A stretch of 64,000 nt of DNA from Minutocellus sp. GHC0000111 (taxonomy: Eukaryota). The stretch spans positions 4,712,001-4,776,000 of the forward strand of contig OZ361258.1 in the NCBI GenBank assembly GCA_977018835.1, given 5' to 3'. Both the position numbers and the translations under genes were made by a program. Position 1 is the first letter of the stretch, and each line of letters opens with the position of its first letter. This document shows positions 25,129 to 37,565 of this stretch, piece after piece. The notes below the pieces were generated by a model. It made no database searches, was not told the DNA's origin, and worked only from the letters and a program-made list of their open reading frames with translations.

Positions 25129-26448
25129 TCAATCTTTCTGCTGTCTCAGTACATTCTTCTTCACCTTGCCCCCGGTTGTCCCCAGTAGTTCCCCTACATG
25201 TACAGCTAAGGAATGCGTGGTGCTCCGAACTTCCTTCTCTAACTGATGCTCACATTTCCCAACTTGATAGCCATATGCTGGCATGCCGTTGATGTTGTGC
25301 ACGTAGGGGAATTCATTCTGCAATCCAATTTGGTTTGGTTTTAGAAGCATGCCCATGGCAAAGGCATGTATGTTTGCGTCGCCCATCCGATGCTTGAAGA
25401 ATCCAAAGTCAGCCTCAAGAGCAGCGAGGTACTTCAGCCACGTGGGATCTGACCATATCGATACAGCGGCAACATGGAAGTTGTTGTACGGCTCACCTCC
25501 AATGTATTGATAACTTTTGTCACCAACGGGCGGCACCAGCCAACCCATACGGGCCATGTTTTCCTTCTGCTCCTCCGTCATTTGCTTGTGCGCAATCTCC
25601 CACATTTTATCGTAGCCCCACGCCTCGAAAAACGGCTGTCTGTAGGAGTATTGCCAGTGATTTTCCTCCATGTCCGCGAATGGATCAGCCGTCGGCGCAG
25701 CCGTCAAGAGCGAGTCGTCATCCATTCGCAGATAGTACTTGTATTTCTTGAGAAAGTCCATTCTCTGAAGCCTACCGGACCAAAGCCTACACATGCTACG
25801 ATATCCGATATTTCGCCCTGCCGTTCCGCCGTCGAGGCCCTTGTACCATCGTTCAAACTGATTCCGATCGAGGTTGGGCTCCAAGGCATCACCACTGTAC
25901 ATGGGGAGGTCGATAAAGTTGACGTTGGGACTGTGAGATAGGTCACTGATCAGGGCCGCTCGATCGGCATCTGTGTACTGTCCATCTTTCCGTTCGGGAT
26001 CTAGATCGTAATCGGATGCCACCAATATGTAAATGTCGTACGGTCCGTACTGGGAATTGAGATGAACGTCGATGCTTTTCAATGCATTTCGGAGGAGACA
26101 CACTCGGGTGTGTCCAAATGCCCGCTTGCTCCGCTGAGGTGCCAAGAGAACGATGGCCCCCAAGTTACTGGAATTGGGGGGCTTGTTGTTGGAGGAAGAG
26201 AGAGGGACATCCTGTGCTGGTTTGCCCAGAGCCTTGGAACCAGCGGATGAGGTCTCGCCTGATGAGGAGGAGGCGAGCCCCCGCGCTTGGATGTTGACGG
26301 CGCTCTGCTCGAGCGCCGCCAGCGGATTGCTGTGCGACGATCTTGACACCAAGTATGTGACGAGCAGGTAGTGAATGCCCAGAAATATGAGGAGGAGGTA
26401 ACGTGCAATGGCCACGACACCCGCTTCGCCTCCCATGGCTGGCTTCAT
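25129..26448 (-). CDS. Glycosyltransferase family 15 (KRE2/MNT1-like alpha-1,2-mannosyltransferase), type II membrane protein
   Basis: N-terminal TM helix, then GYRSMCRLWSG...YKYYLRMDDDS, YNNFHV and FFKHRMGDANIH, matching GT15 motifs YRHMCRF / SNFEI / ERWGDA. Confidence 0.8.
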   Translation of the reverse strand: MKPAMGGEAGVVAIARYLLLIFLGIHYLLVTYLVSRSSHSNPLAALEQSAVNIQARGLASSSSGETSSAGSKALGKPAQDVPLSSSNNKPPNSSNLGAIVLLAPQRSKRAFGHTRVCLLRNALKSIDVHLNSQYGPYDIYILVASDYDLDPERKDGQYTDADRAALISDLSHSPNVNFIDLPMYSGDALEPNLDRNQFERWYKGLDGGTAGRNIGYRSMCRLWSGRLQRMDFLKKYKYYLRMDDDSLLTAAPTADPFADMEENHWQYSYRQPFFEAWGYDKMWEIAHKQMTEEQKENMARMGWLVPPVGDKSYQYIGGEPYNNFHVAAVSIWSDPTWLKYLAALEADFGFFKHRMGDANIHAFAMGMLLKPNQIGLQNEFPYVHNINGMPAYGYQVGKCEHQLEKEVRSTTHSLAVHVGELLGTTGGKVKKNVLRQQKD

Positions 26449-26619
26449 TCCTTTGGATCTGACTGACGCGAACGAAGGCTAAGGGCTGGTGGGCTGGTTT
26501 GTCGGTCGAAAGGCATGCATTTATTTATGCCTCCTGCTCCTTCAAGCTCAGGTTTTTGTACTGTTTTTAGTTGACGCGGCGGCCGGCGATGCGATGCGAT
26601 GGTACGTCATTCTCCAACA

Positions 26620-27600
26620 ATGAAGAATCTCACGGTCGTATCCCTCGCGGCAGCGGCAACGCTTGCCGCCTCCTTCTCCCCTTCCCCTTTGACGCCATTG
26701 CCGGCACGAAATGTGCCAGCTCTGTCGGCAGGGCCTGCTGCTTCCGGCGAGTGCGAGTCTGATGCTGACATCTCCAACTCACCTGGTGGCGAATTGTGGT
26801 CACCGTCATCCTCGACACGTCGGTCGGCACTCAAGAGGATAGTGGGTGAGGCAGGCTTGGCATCCCTCATCCTCCCGGCACTGACGGCGAATGCCGACGA
26901 TGGTGATTTGACCAGCCAGCTGTTCAATGCGGATGGTTCACTCAAGGAGGGCCAAGTGTTGGAAGAGGCCAAATCTCGTACGGTCGCCACCACCTTTCCC
27001 GGCGGCAGTGGCGATTCTACACCAGGCAAAAAGGCGCTGGTTTCGGTGGACGGTGCAGCCGCTGCGCCGGCGGGTGAGGGCGGTAGTGCTGCCGTCAAGG
27101 TGTCGTACGAGCTGCCAGAGAAGTGGGGCGATGCCTCCACGGGATATCTCGACAAGAGCGAGGGGGTCAACGCGAAATCAGCCGAACGCATAACCACATT
27201 CCAGTTGGCCGGTCCTGCCGAGGTCAAGACCCTCGACAAGGCCAGCACTATCGGAGTTGCCAAGGCGCTGGGCATTCAGACGTTGCCAGAGTACAATCCC
27301 TCCATACTCAAGGCTGACTTGATATCGGGACGTCGGTCGAATCGGGACGGCATCACTTTTTATGAGTACGACCTGGCGGTTGCTCCGGCGTCTTGCGCGT
27401 CCGGATCCAAGGAAGATTTGGGGTTGGGATTCTGTCCGTATGATTCCATAGTGTTGCTAAGTGCCGCCGTCGTCGATGGGCGGATGTATGGCATCATGGT
27501 CGAGTGCGATCGAGACGAGTGGAAGAAGGGGAATGCGGACCTGAAGAGGGTTCGCTCCTCTTTCCGAGTGGATGCAGAGCTGGAGCTCCTAAACAAATAA
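26620..27600 (+). CDS. Plastid thylakoid-lumen PsbP-like domain protein
   Basis: Signal peptide + ASFSP motif, twin-arginine TRRSAL and hydrophobic stretch ending ANA. C-terminal DGITFYEYDL...AVVDGRMY...LKRVRSSFRV is PsbP-like. Confidence 0.7.
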   Translation: MKNLTVVSLAAAATLAASFSPSPLTPLPARNVPALSAGPAASGECESDADISNSPGGELWSPSSSTRRSALKRIVGEAGLASLILPALTANADDGDLTSQLFNADGSLKEGQVLEEAKSRTVATTFPGGSGDSTPGKKALVSVDGAAAAPAGEGGSAAVKVSYELPEKWGDASTGYLDKSEGVNAKSAERITTFQLAGPAEVKTLDKASTIGVAKALGIQTLPEYNPSILKADLISGRRSNRDGITFYEYDLAVAPASCASGSKEDLGLGFCPYDSIVLLSAAVVDGRMYGIMVECDRDEWKKGNADLKRVRSSFRVDAELELLNK

Positions 27601-28276
27601 ACAATGAAATGAATTAGAATTAGACATGGAAGGCGTGAGGTGAAATTGATTCGCACTATGTAGTAAGTCACGTAGGGAGACTACCAGGTAGTCTGGTACC
27701 AGCTACGTAGCTGGTGTATTGGCGATGATCATCGTCGTGAATGCAGAGAATAATACATTCTATTCTTTTCTATGGTTAACCTTATTTAGGGATCATTCCA
27801 AGGGCGCACAAAGGCCTCCGCGCCAGCCAGGAAACTTCGCTTAATGTGTGGTACCCTATCACCCTACCCTCGTACTGCGGACCGTTGCCGGGACACTGGA
27901 TTCTCCGTCGTTGCTATCGCCGAGGCCGGTGTATGTACCACCGCCTAACTGAGCTGCAGAAAATAATACATGTACATGTAGTGCTACCGATATGAAGCGG
28001 CAGTCATTCTGTGTGAGTTGATGGCTATGAAGGGGTGCTAACTAACAATAAAAGTAGACGTCATTTGTTCAAAAGCAACAGCGCATTAATTGCTTTAGCG
28101 ACTATCAGTCATACGTAGCAATGTGATTTATTAACGGATGCTCCTGGGAGCTACGTACGTAGATCTAGATCGACCGCTGATTTCATCATTCATTCGATTG
28201 ATAGTAAAATTACCCAGACAACCCAAATGGTGCCGAAATTCCATTCCAAGAGTTGGAAGAGAGGACGGATACGAAT

Positions 28277-29311
28277 TTATCCCTGGAAGTGCTCGATGAT
28301 GCCCTTTCCGTCGCATGCCTCCTGCGCGAGGAAACCGGCGGCGGCGATCATGGCAAGACGGCCGTTCTGGAGCTCCTTGGTCTGCATCTCGAAGAACTCC
28401 TCGGGGTCCTCGGGGGCAAGGCCGAGGGGATCGAAGCCGAGGTCACCGGGGGTGTAGTCGGCGAGGAGCTGTCCGGGGGCATCGACGGGGGTCTCCGAGG
28501 GGTCAACCCAGCCCTTCTCGGCGCGGAACTGCTCGGCGGCGCCGATGGAGGCGATGAGAGCGACCCAGAACTCGGTGGGGACCTGGGGGATGTGGGAGAT
28601 GGCGGGGCCGGAGATGGAGGCGTCGAAGAGGAAGGAGGAGCCCTCAACCTGCTCACCAACGAGGAAGCCGACGGCGGCGAGCATGGCTGTTGTGTTGAAG
28701 AAAGGCAACGAGAAGAGAAAGAAGGGGCGCGTACGTGAGAATTAGGCTGACTTGTGCGAACAACAATTGCACCGTTGCAATTGCCCAATTGCAATTTGCA
28801 ACTTGTAGGCACATGATGTGTTCTTGGTACGCGCTTGGAAAATGAATACCGATCTCAAAGCTTCGCTCGCATCATCTGCAACCGATTACGGGCGCAGATT
28901 AAACAAAAGCAGTTGCGAAAACAGTGGAGATTCATTTCATGCGGACTTGAATTCCAATCGGAATTTATGATGTATCCAAGATATCAAAATGCGAACCCGA
29001 ACCCTAATTATGGTTGATTTTACTCAATTCTCTTTTCGTCCACTACAACGAACTACCCAGAGAATACGCAGCTAAGCATTGAACTTACCAACACGGCCGT
29101 GGGTGAGCTCGGCCTCACGGTACTTCTTGAAGAGGGCGGGGTCGGCCTTGTCGGAGAGGCCAAGGGGGTCGAAGAAGCCGACGGGGGCGAGAACGCCGGG
29201 GTAGGACTCGTAGTCGGCGGCGGCGTTGAGGGCGGTGGAGGCCTTGCCGGTCTGGGCGGGGGCGAAGGCGGCGGCAGAGCCGATGAGGAGGGAGGAGAGG
29301 AAGAACTTCAT
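28277..29311 (-). CDS. LHCX: Fucoxanthin-chlorophyll a/c binding protein, LI818/Lhcx clade
   Basis: AAAFAP targeting motif, GFFDPLG, REAELTHGRV|AMLAAVGFLVGE across intron 28687-29088, FLFDASISGPAISH, AEQFRAEKGWVDP, ELQNGRLAM. Confidence 0.95.
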
Positions 29312-29957
29312 GGTTTTGGTTGGTGGGAGTTGGCTTCGGTTTGGGTGGTCTGAGCGAAAAGTGATGGCTCGGAGTGCGTTGCGTGCGGATCTTTGGCGGT
29401 AGTCAAAGCATTCTGCGGTGGCTGCATGACCACGGTAGAAATCTCGCGTGGTGATGAAGGAACACGTCCGAACTCGAAAGACACGTCACTGCTTTTCTGC
29501 GTCATTCTTCGATGACGCAATGGACTGCAATGATTTCTGGCCGCCTAACAATATCAGACAGATAGAGGTATCAATAAGAAAATCTTACAAGTACGACGTC
29601 AGTCACAGTAGCACGCACTGTGGTACTCTAAATCTACAGCAAAGTGGTGGTTGGCAGCATAGCAGAGACGACCTGCAGCCAGTTCAAGTCCAGTACAATG
29701 TGTGGTGGTAGGTAGATCGGTGAAACGCGATAGTCATAGATAGGCGAGACGCGAATATTCTCCCTTCTCGCTAGAGTTTTAGAGGGATTCCTACGGCACA
29801 CATGTGCCGGCACCGGTACATGTACCGGTAGATCTAGACTCTAGAATATCTAAACGGCACGCCGGATTTTTCGATGTTTCTACATGTGCGGTACATGTAG
29901 TTTTTCTTTTCTATCAAATCGTCGTACTCTATCCAATCTCACCAGCTCTATATAGAT

Positions 29958-32435
29958 CTAAGCGAACAAAGCACCGACAGCGGCGACCACGCCAACGAGC
30001 ATAATCTGCATCCTAGTTGCTCCGTTGGACATGATGCCAGAAGAAGTACCCATGTCGTCACCAAGCATTTCCTCAACTTCTTCAATAACATCGGTAGGCG
30101 TGGCGGTAAGCATGGCAGTAGGAACACCGGTCTCTTCCACCATGACTTCGGTAGGGGCAGAGGTTGTGATGATGGTCTCATCAACCTCAATCATGGTGGG
30201 CATGCCAGTGGGCATGTCTGTTTCGACGATCTCGGGTCTTTCCTCACTAAAGGCGATGCGGAAAAATCCTTCCATTGCCTCCCAACTACGAACATCGGCA
30301 TGAAGGTTGTAGCGATCCTCGCGCGTCCATTCGGTGAAGGAGTGCACCTGTTTGTACGATATGCATCGGGAACAAAGGGGAAAGAAATGTTACAAAAAGA
30401 TCAAACAGGATCTATCTAAACGGTGGCATGAAATGCACTTTGCATGTAGTAAAATAAATTCACCCCAAGCAGAATAACTCACCACGCCCTGGTAACGGGT
30501 ATATTCCCAAGCTGGAGCCTGGCCTTCCTTCATTGCCATTTCCAGATCTTCAATATCAGAGGCGGCGTCGTCTTCACCACCGCTGGCAATCATCATCTTC
30601 ACATGAATCTTGCCGCCGAGAGGGGCGCGGCGGGACAAGCCTCCATGGAAGGATGCAATGGCCCTGGCCTCTGTCTTTCCGGTAAGAGCATAGTTGATCA
30701 CGCCAGTTCCACCTATAAAGCAGAGCCCCCCAAAAGAAGAAACAGATTGTCACATTATGTGAGTTGGCATGTAAATTGAAATGATGATATGACAAAATAA
30801 GCATGCAGAGCATGGAAGGGCTCACCGAAACAGTATCCGATAATTCCAATCTTATCGGCGTCAACTTCCGGGTGTTCTGCGGCTGCCTTGACGGCTGCAT
30901 CAATGCGTTGAACGAACAGATCAATGTCATTTCTATAGGTATTCAGCATGCCAAAAAGTTCACTGAAGGTTTAACAGATGAAAGAGGAAGATGTGGATTA
31001 GAATCAATCGTCAACACGAGGCATAAACATGCAATATTGCCATACTCTTGTAGGCAGTCATCTTACGTTCTGTTGGTCATGTCAACTTCAGCCATCATGG
31101 GTCCGTACACGTCAGCGGCGAGGCCTACAAATCCCATTTCAGACAGCATCTGAGCTCTGGTCTCTTCATATTCATTGATTCCGTCGGCGTTGTGAATGAT
31201 GACAACCGCTGGGAACGGACCTTCGCCTTCGGGGACAGTGATGTATCCATTGAGGGTAGATCCGTCAACTGGGTCAGATTAGACAAATGCCTCGCCGGTG
31301 AGATCCTTGGGGATAGACGGGGCAAGTTCGATCTCCTGGAAAGTCTTCTGGAGGAATTTGATGGTCGAGGGCCATGATCGCTCCTCAACGTAAGCATTGT
31401 ATCTGCTACTGAAAATGTCAGTGAAACCATGCTCCACGTCTGAATATCGTTGAATTTCCCACAAGTTCCCTCCATTGTTAAGCGCGGTCTCCATCAGTTT
31501 TATATCCGACGTAGAATCCTGGGAGTCTTCGCCGCCAGACACGATGAGCACGCTCGACGCAACCGTTTGATTAAAGTCTGAGGCGACGCTCGAAAGGCCT
31601 CCGTGAAAAGCGACGGCAGCGTCGGCACCAGTTTCACCGGACAAGGCGTAGTTCAGCGCCCCACTACCTCCGAACTAAACGTGGTGGAAAGAAATAGATG
31701 TTAGTGGTTGGGTGGTGAGACCTGAGAAGTGATTTTCTGAGAGGTGGTCAATGCCTTACTGAGAAAATAAATGAAAAAGTCGAAACAAATCCACGAATGC
31801 TCACGCAGCACCCAATGATAGCAACTCCCTTGCTGGGATCGGCACCAGGAATCATGGACGCCTGTGCGATGGCTTCAGCGATGCGGGCGTTGTAAAGAGT
31901 TAGGTTTCCACGATGGATGCCAGTCTGAGAGGCGCGGTCGCGAAGTGATTCAGGACTATGGTTTTCCAAACCACAGATGTCAGCAGCGAAGGCAATCCAG
32001 CCCTGGTCGGCAAGCATCGCAGCCCTCGTCTGTTCGCACTCGTCAACGCCGGACCAGTCCGGCAAGATGACAACAACTGAGTGCGCGTGTGCATGGGTTG
32101 GGTGGGAAAGCAAAGGCGTCGCGTTAGCTAGAGAGTGTAAATTTGATTGATGATGAAGTGAATGCAACGATGAAAACAAAAGAACGGCAGCAAGACGACG
32201 CACTTGGGCGCTTGTCCTTGTCCTTGTTGTCGGCGGGGACCACACCGTGCGACATCATTTCCATCCCATCGGTTGGGTCGGTGTAATTCACGGTCTGCAT
32301 CACGTTGGAGGTGGTGGAAAGCATCGTCGTCAGATCAACCGTGGTGCTCATCATCATTTCGTCCTGAGCCTCGACGGCGGCAACGGTCCCGACGACGCCG
32401 ACGAGGCCGGCTGCTGCCAAGCTTGCAAAGCGCAT
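29958..32435 (-). CDS. Secreted / GPI- or TM-anchored protein with two tandem dienelactone hydrolase (DLH) domains; multi-exon
   Basis: Signal peptide MRFASLAAAGLVGVVGTVAA. Two copies of VVI.(PD/HN)..G..E.E.TRA.ML, IIG(Y/C)CFGG, FHGGL, SGGED and H(G/S)FT...Y...RSW. T/E/M-rich stalk and hydrophobic C-terminus. Confidence 0.85.
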
Positions 32436-34200
32436 CTTGTTGAGACTACGGTGGTGGATGTGCAACGCACGAAGGGGTGCGAATATGAAGTAAATGCCGA
32501 TCTGCTGCGAGGCTGCGAGCGGCTCGGCGAGGTTTGGGGGGCCGCAAGATTCCAAAAGATTCGAGGGCAGATGAGTCAGTGGAGGGCCATTATGTAAATG
32601 TCCGTTGTGCATGCCAGGGGGGGGCTCGAGGAGAAAGGGGAAGACAAGGGAACGGAAGGGAAGGCGTCATGTATTTTTTCTCTCCCCCTCTTTTTTACTG
32701 TCGGGTTAATTGTTAATGTAATTGTAAAACCTGCCAGTAAAACGACAGCCAAAAAAGGTAATTTGTGAGACAATTTGTAACAAATATATTTCTTTTGACG
32801 AAACTTTTGTCATTTATGATGCGTCTTTTCTTCGTCAGGTTAGAAAAACTGTCCGTCGTTCGCATAAGGGTCGGTGAATTAGCATGAATTTTAAAAACCG
32901 CCAGCAAAACCACAATATTTTTCACTAAGCATTGAGACAATTATTGAAAATTATTGCTTTTTCATTAGTTCCTTTGCAAATTCCAGTGACGAAGAGGGAG
33001 ATCTGATCTTTCTTTGTTCAAGGCACCTTTGCATGTGCTGTCAAGGTGCGGCAAAGTGAATGCTTGCGCACTGCATTGCATCGCTGCGTTTGAATCGCCA
33101 ATTTGCATCTTTGCGTGTCGAACAGTGTCGTGCGTTGGTGTGCGAGCGCATTTCATCCGTCGTCTATAGGGTTAACTATAACGTTATTCGACTAAGCAGC
33201 ACGTAGAAGGGAACGGTGTGTGTTGATTCGAAGAAAGAATTTTGCCTTGCTTCTGCCGTGTTGAAATGGGTGTGCGAGATGCGACCATTTTAGAAAAAAG
33301 GTCTGTCCGTCGCATTAGTGCCAGGCCTACGACAGCTTTCAAAAAATTCTGTCCAGCTGCATGTGCAAAGTCACTGGTGGTCGCCCTCATCATAAAAATC
33401 TTCATGGCTTCGAATATTTTGCGAGGCAAAAATTGAAGATAAAAAATATACGTGCGAAGATTGTCCCGAATCAAACAAAGAAGGGGGTAGCCAAAATTTC
33501 ACAGTAAAAGCCTGCCTAAAATGGCGATGCCATCCTCGGCCGGCTTGCTTTTTAGTACCAGGTCTACCTAAGCTACTGCAGCAGTCCTGCAAAATTTTTC
33601 GATGCTTACATTTCATTAAGTAACAACCCTAATGACCCTATGACTTTTCGAGGCAAGGTCCACCAGATCCCCCCTCCACTCCACCCCCCACAAATTTAAT
33701 CTTGCTACGCAAGCTAAATTTGTAGCTGAGGGCTCGGGTACCTCGAGCCAACACGTCACATGGAGGGCTATTGATCTGACGTCATAATTCGAGGCCTCGA
33801 TAGCACCTACGTGCGTAGAATTGATTGGCATACCAGGTACGTGTGCCGATACCTGTACTCTAGCACGTGTACAGGTATCGGTTGCCGTATTCATGAGCAT
33901 GCACATTACATGTAAATTCCAGAATTGGCTGGTAAAGAACCGGCACCGGTACGTGTAGTTCTACATGTACATTTAAGAAGTCAAAAGATTTCTCTCTTTC
34001 TCTCTCTCTAAAATAATTGTTATATATTTGTGCAGGGGCTCAACCCCTGTTTGTGTTTTTGATTTGTTTCTCTCTAAAAATTCAATATGAAATTGGCTGG
34101 ATTGATAGATGATGAGCGCGCTCATCGAAAACGAAATATTGTCGTCGGTACTACAGTACCTAGGTACATGGAAAGGTCCAAAGCCACTCCTTTCTACATA

Positions 34201-34458
34201 TGCACACTGTGTACGAGGTACAGAGATACGAAAAGGTAGAATAAAGTAGTTGAATAAAGTTGTTGGAAATAGATTGTGACTAGAGTAGAGAGATTAAACT
34301 AGATTTGATAAGATTGATCTCCAACTTGATGCGATCGGCATCTACGTTGGGAGATACGTTGCCAGATCTTGGCACGACACATGATGTGTGCTCGACGGGA
34401 ACATTGTGCGTATCCATATGACGTAATATTATCGTCATTCAGACGATCACATGTTGCA
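34201..34458 (-). repeat. 3' LTR
   Basis: Near-identical to 37566-37820; adjacent gagcgtggggccgaa (minus strand) is PPT-like. Confidence 0.9.
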
Positions 34459-34505
34459 TTCGGCCCCACGCTCGATGTTGCCTTGTTTTCCTGTAGGCCT
34501 CCTTA

Positions 34506-36812
34506 CTATTCCCGGAACGGCGTCACTCGTCTGATGTTGACGCGTTCGGAAATTGGCCCTTTCTGAATCCTGACATTCCCGCTTTCAGGGAGAAACTCGA
34601 GGACTTTGTACGGTCCGAGGTAAGGACGCTCGTACTTGTTGGCTTGCTTGTTGAGCAACAATATCTTGTCGCCTCGGCGATAGCGATGAGGAATTCTCCT
34701 ATCGTTCTCACGTTCATTATTCTTTTTTATTATCTTTTGCTTCTGTTCTCGTATAAGTCGCCAGTCAGCTACGTGACGAACATTAAATATCATATCACGT
34801 CCAAATACTAGCTGTCCCGGACTTGCTTTCAGCGTTGTATGATATGTACTGCGAATTCCATACACGCAGCGGCGGCAAGAACGCCTTGCCAATCGAATTC
34901 GACATCTTCTGATGTTTCGAGGTCCTTGGAACGAACCATCGACGCCAAGGTCTGATGTATTCGCTCTACAATTGAGTTTGCTTGTGGATTTGCCGTAGTA
35001 GCAAATTTCACCTCAATATCATATTCTTTTTCGCAGAGTTCATCCTTGAACGCACTGCCAATAAATTCTTCGCCACGATCGACGGTAACTTCCGATGGAC
35101 GTGGATATCTTGATAGCCATGTATACTCGACAATATTGGCTACGGTCATCGACCTTTTGTCATCGTAAGTAGCGATCTCAAACCATCCGGTTGCTGGATC
35201 GATCATTGTTACGGCTTTCAGCTGTAAGTCAGGCTTATGTTTTCCCTTGCGGCGGATAGTATATGGTCCGATAAGATCGACACATAATTTTTCCCATGGT
35301 TCTGCTTCTGCTACTTTCTCTGGCAGATGGCCAAACTTGCGAATTTGCTTCTTGCTTTTCTGACAAGTCGCGCATTTTGTTACTGCGGCCTTCACTTCAT
35401 CTTGTAGGCCTGGCCAATAGAGGTGTTGCTTTATTGTTTCCTCCGTCCTGGTCGCTCCAGGATGCATAAGATACGTGTGGTACCATTCAATCACGTGCTT
35501 ACGCAGGGGTTTCGGTACATAGATCTTCCCCTGGGATGTGCAGGCGAGGTCAATTTGCTTGCCTCCGGCCCCACGAAAGGACTGCGTTTGTAGTTTCTTA
35601 GCGCTAATTTGGTCAGATACGCTTGCGTCCCGATTTTGGTATTTACGCAACATTTTGTACGATAAAGGCATTGAGCCAACGTCAGCGGGATCCAACGCGA
35701 CGTCGTATCTTTCCGCCAATTCGACGTTCGAAACAAACGATTCGTCGAAGGTTTCAGGGTCATTTTCGGTCGGAAGGCCAGATAGGCTGAGCCGGGAAAG
35801 AGCGTCAGCTGCTACGTTATCAAGGCCTTTGACATAAATAATTTCGGGACCATATTCTTCAATGAGCAGACGCCAGCGCATCACGCGGTCTGTATTGAAC
35901 TGTTTGTATGTCAGATTTTTGTGGTCCGTATAAATCTTGACTTTCTGGCCAAGAAGGATGTTTCTGAATTCCTTGAGAGTTTCTACGATACTCAAAAGTT
36001 CTCGTTCCGTTGTCGTGTAGCGCGTCTGCGCGTCAGACAATTTGCGGGAATAGAATGCGATAGGCCTTCCCTTCTGAGAAATAACGGCCCCGAGTTGGGT
36101 TTTGCTTGCGTCGGTGTGAATGATGAACTCGTCATCGAAGTCAGGATAAGCGAGGAGCGCGTCACGTCCGATGATACGCTTCATCTCGTCGAACGCTTCT
36201 TGTTCGACGGTCGTCCATACGAATTTATTTTTCTTGGACGTCAGTTTTGTGAGAGGCGCGAGAATATGTGCTCGTCGAGGCCACATGTCGCGGTAGTCAT
36301 TGACAAGGCCGACGAATCGACGGACTTGCTTGACGGATTTTGGCGGAGCAAGATTAGCAACTGCTTCAACTTTCTTTGCGAGGGGACGGATGCCATCGCG
36401 CGTCACCCAGTATCCAAGGTATTCGCATTCGAAGTGGCCAAAGAATGATTTGTCTGCATTTACTTTCAGGCCAGCCTCGGCAATTCTGAGAAGTACACGC
36501 TCGAGTTCCTCGAGGTGATTATCCCATGTATCTTTTGTAGTAAGAAGCACATCATCCAGATATGCTTGGACATGCTCGAAACCATAGAATAAATCATTAA
36601 TTTTCTCTTGGAATATATCAGGAGCATTGCAGATGCCCATCGGCAGCCTACAATATTCGTATTTGCCCCAAGGCAGGACGATGGTGCATAAGCGTCGTGC
36701 ATTTGGAGTAAGTTGAAGATGATAATATCCCATATTAAGATCTAAGCTAGTAGCGTACTTGAATCCTTCCAATTTCAGTAGCATGTCTTTAATTTTAGGT
36801 ATTGGGAATGGT
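34506..36812 (-). pseudogene. Gypsy pol (N-truncated RT, RNase H, integrase), frameshift near 34860
   Basis: LDLNMGYYH, YLDDVL, HTDASKTQLGAVI, TERELLSIV, H..LMHPG...C..CQ zinc finger, CVDLIGP, DRGEEF, PQANSIVERIH, GPYKV. Confidence 0.92.
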
Positions 36813-37539
36813 TTTCTTCATGCTCGGGCGTAATTACCGAATTCACGCCCTGCTCGATGAGATATTTATCCCACGACTTAGGCAATCCGCCTTCAAGACA
36901 AATAATGAGAATATTTCGGGGAAGAGGAGTTGGTTTGGTGGACTCGATCGTGCCATCTGGCTTCGTGATCTCGAGATTGGGAAAATCCCTCAGATCATCA
37001 TTGTAGAGACACATCGTGTCGAATGCCTGCTGAGAAGTCATCTCGAGCGGCTTACGAGCGAAACGGAGCAGATACTTCGTCTGAAGCGCAGCTGCGTTAT
37101 GAGGGAACACGCGCTTGTCGAGAGCATTCAGCCCTGCGTCGATGTGCTCCTGCTTGAGGGTGCCGTTACCCTTGGCCGTGTTGACAGCGCCGTGGTAATC
37201 AGTGAGGGCCTGTCCATACAGGGACTCAGACCAGAAGAGGTGGATGTGATCAGTCGTCTTCACGTCGGTGATCGCTTCGATGAGCCGCTTGCAATCTGCT
37301 TTGTGCTCAATCCAGGCGAGGACTGCGCCCTCGTGGTTGTAGTAGTAGTTGAACTGGTGGACATACAACGTCTTCGACCCGTCTTTGTACGACCGCTGTC
37401 GGTTTTTGTCAGTTGGTGGCTCAACACGGTTGATGCCGAGAGGAAGAGGAACGATCATTCCGTTGATGGAACGAAGACCGCCCTGAGAAACGTGGAAAGA
37501 AGTTTTCGTCGTGAAAGTAGGAAGTAGTATCAATGACAA
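36813..37539 (-). pseudogene. Truncated gag-like ORF of the Gypsy element
   Basis: Position just inside the 5' LTR. VFPHNAAALQTKYLLRFARKPLEMT...YNDDLRDFP...LPKSW resembles diatom Gypsy gag. Confidence 0.65.
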
Positions 37540-37565
37540 TCAATACAGTAGTCTTTTGATCAAAG

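Noticed and set aside
33165..33186. gttaactataacg resembling part of an rDNA homing-endonuclease (I-CeuI) site
   Set aside because: Only a short partial match with no flanking rRNA sequence.
32690..33620. AT-rich region with loosely repeated ctgtccgtcg / acgacagc words, possibly a DNA transposon remnant
   Set aside because: No termini, TSD or coding remnant could be defined by eye.
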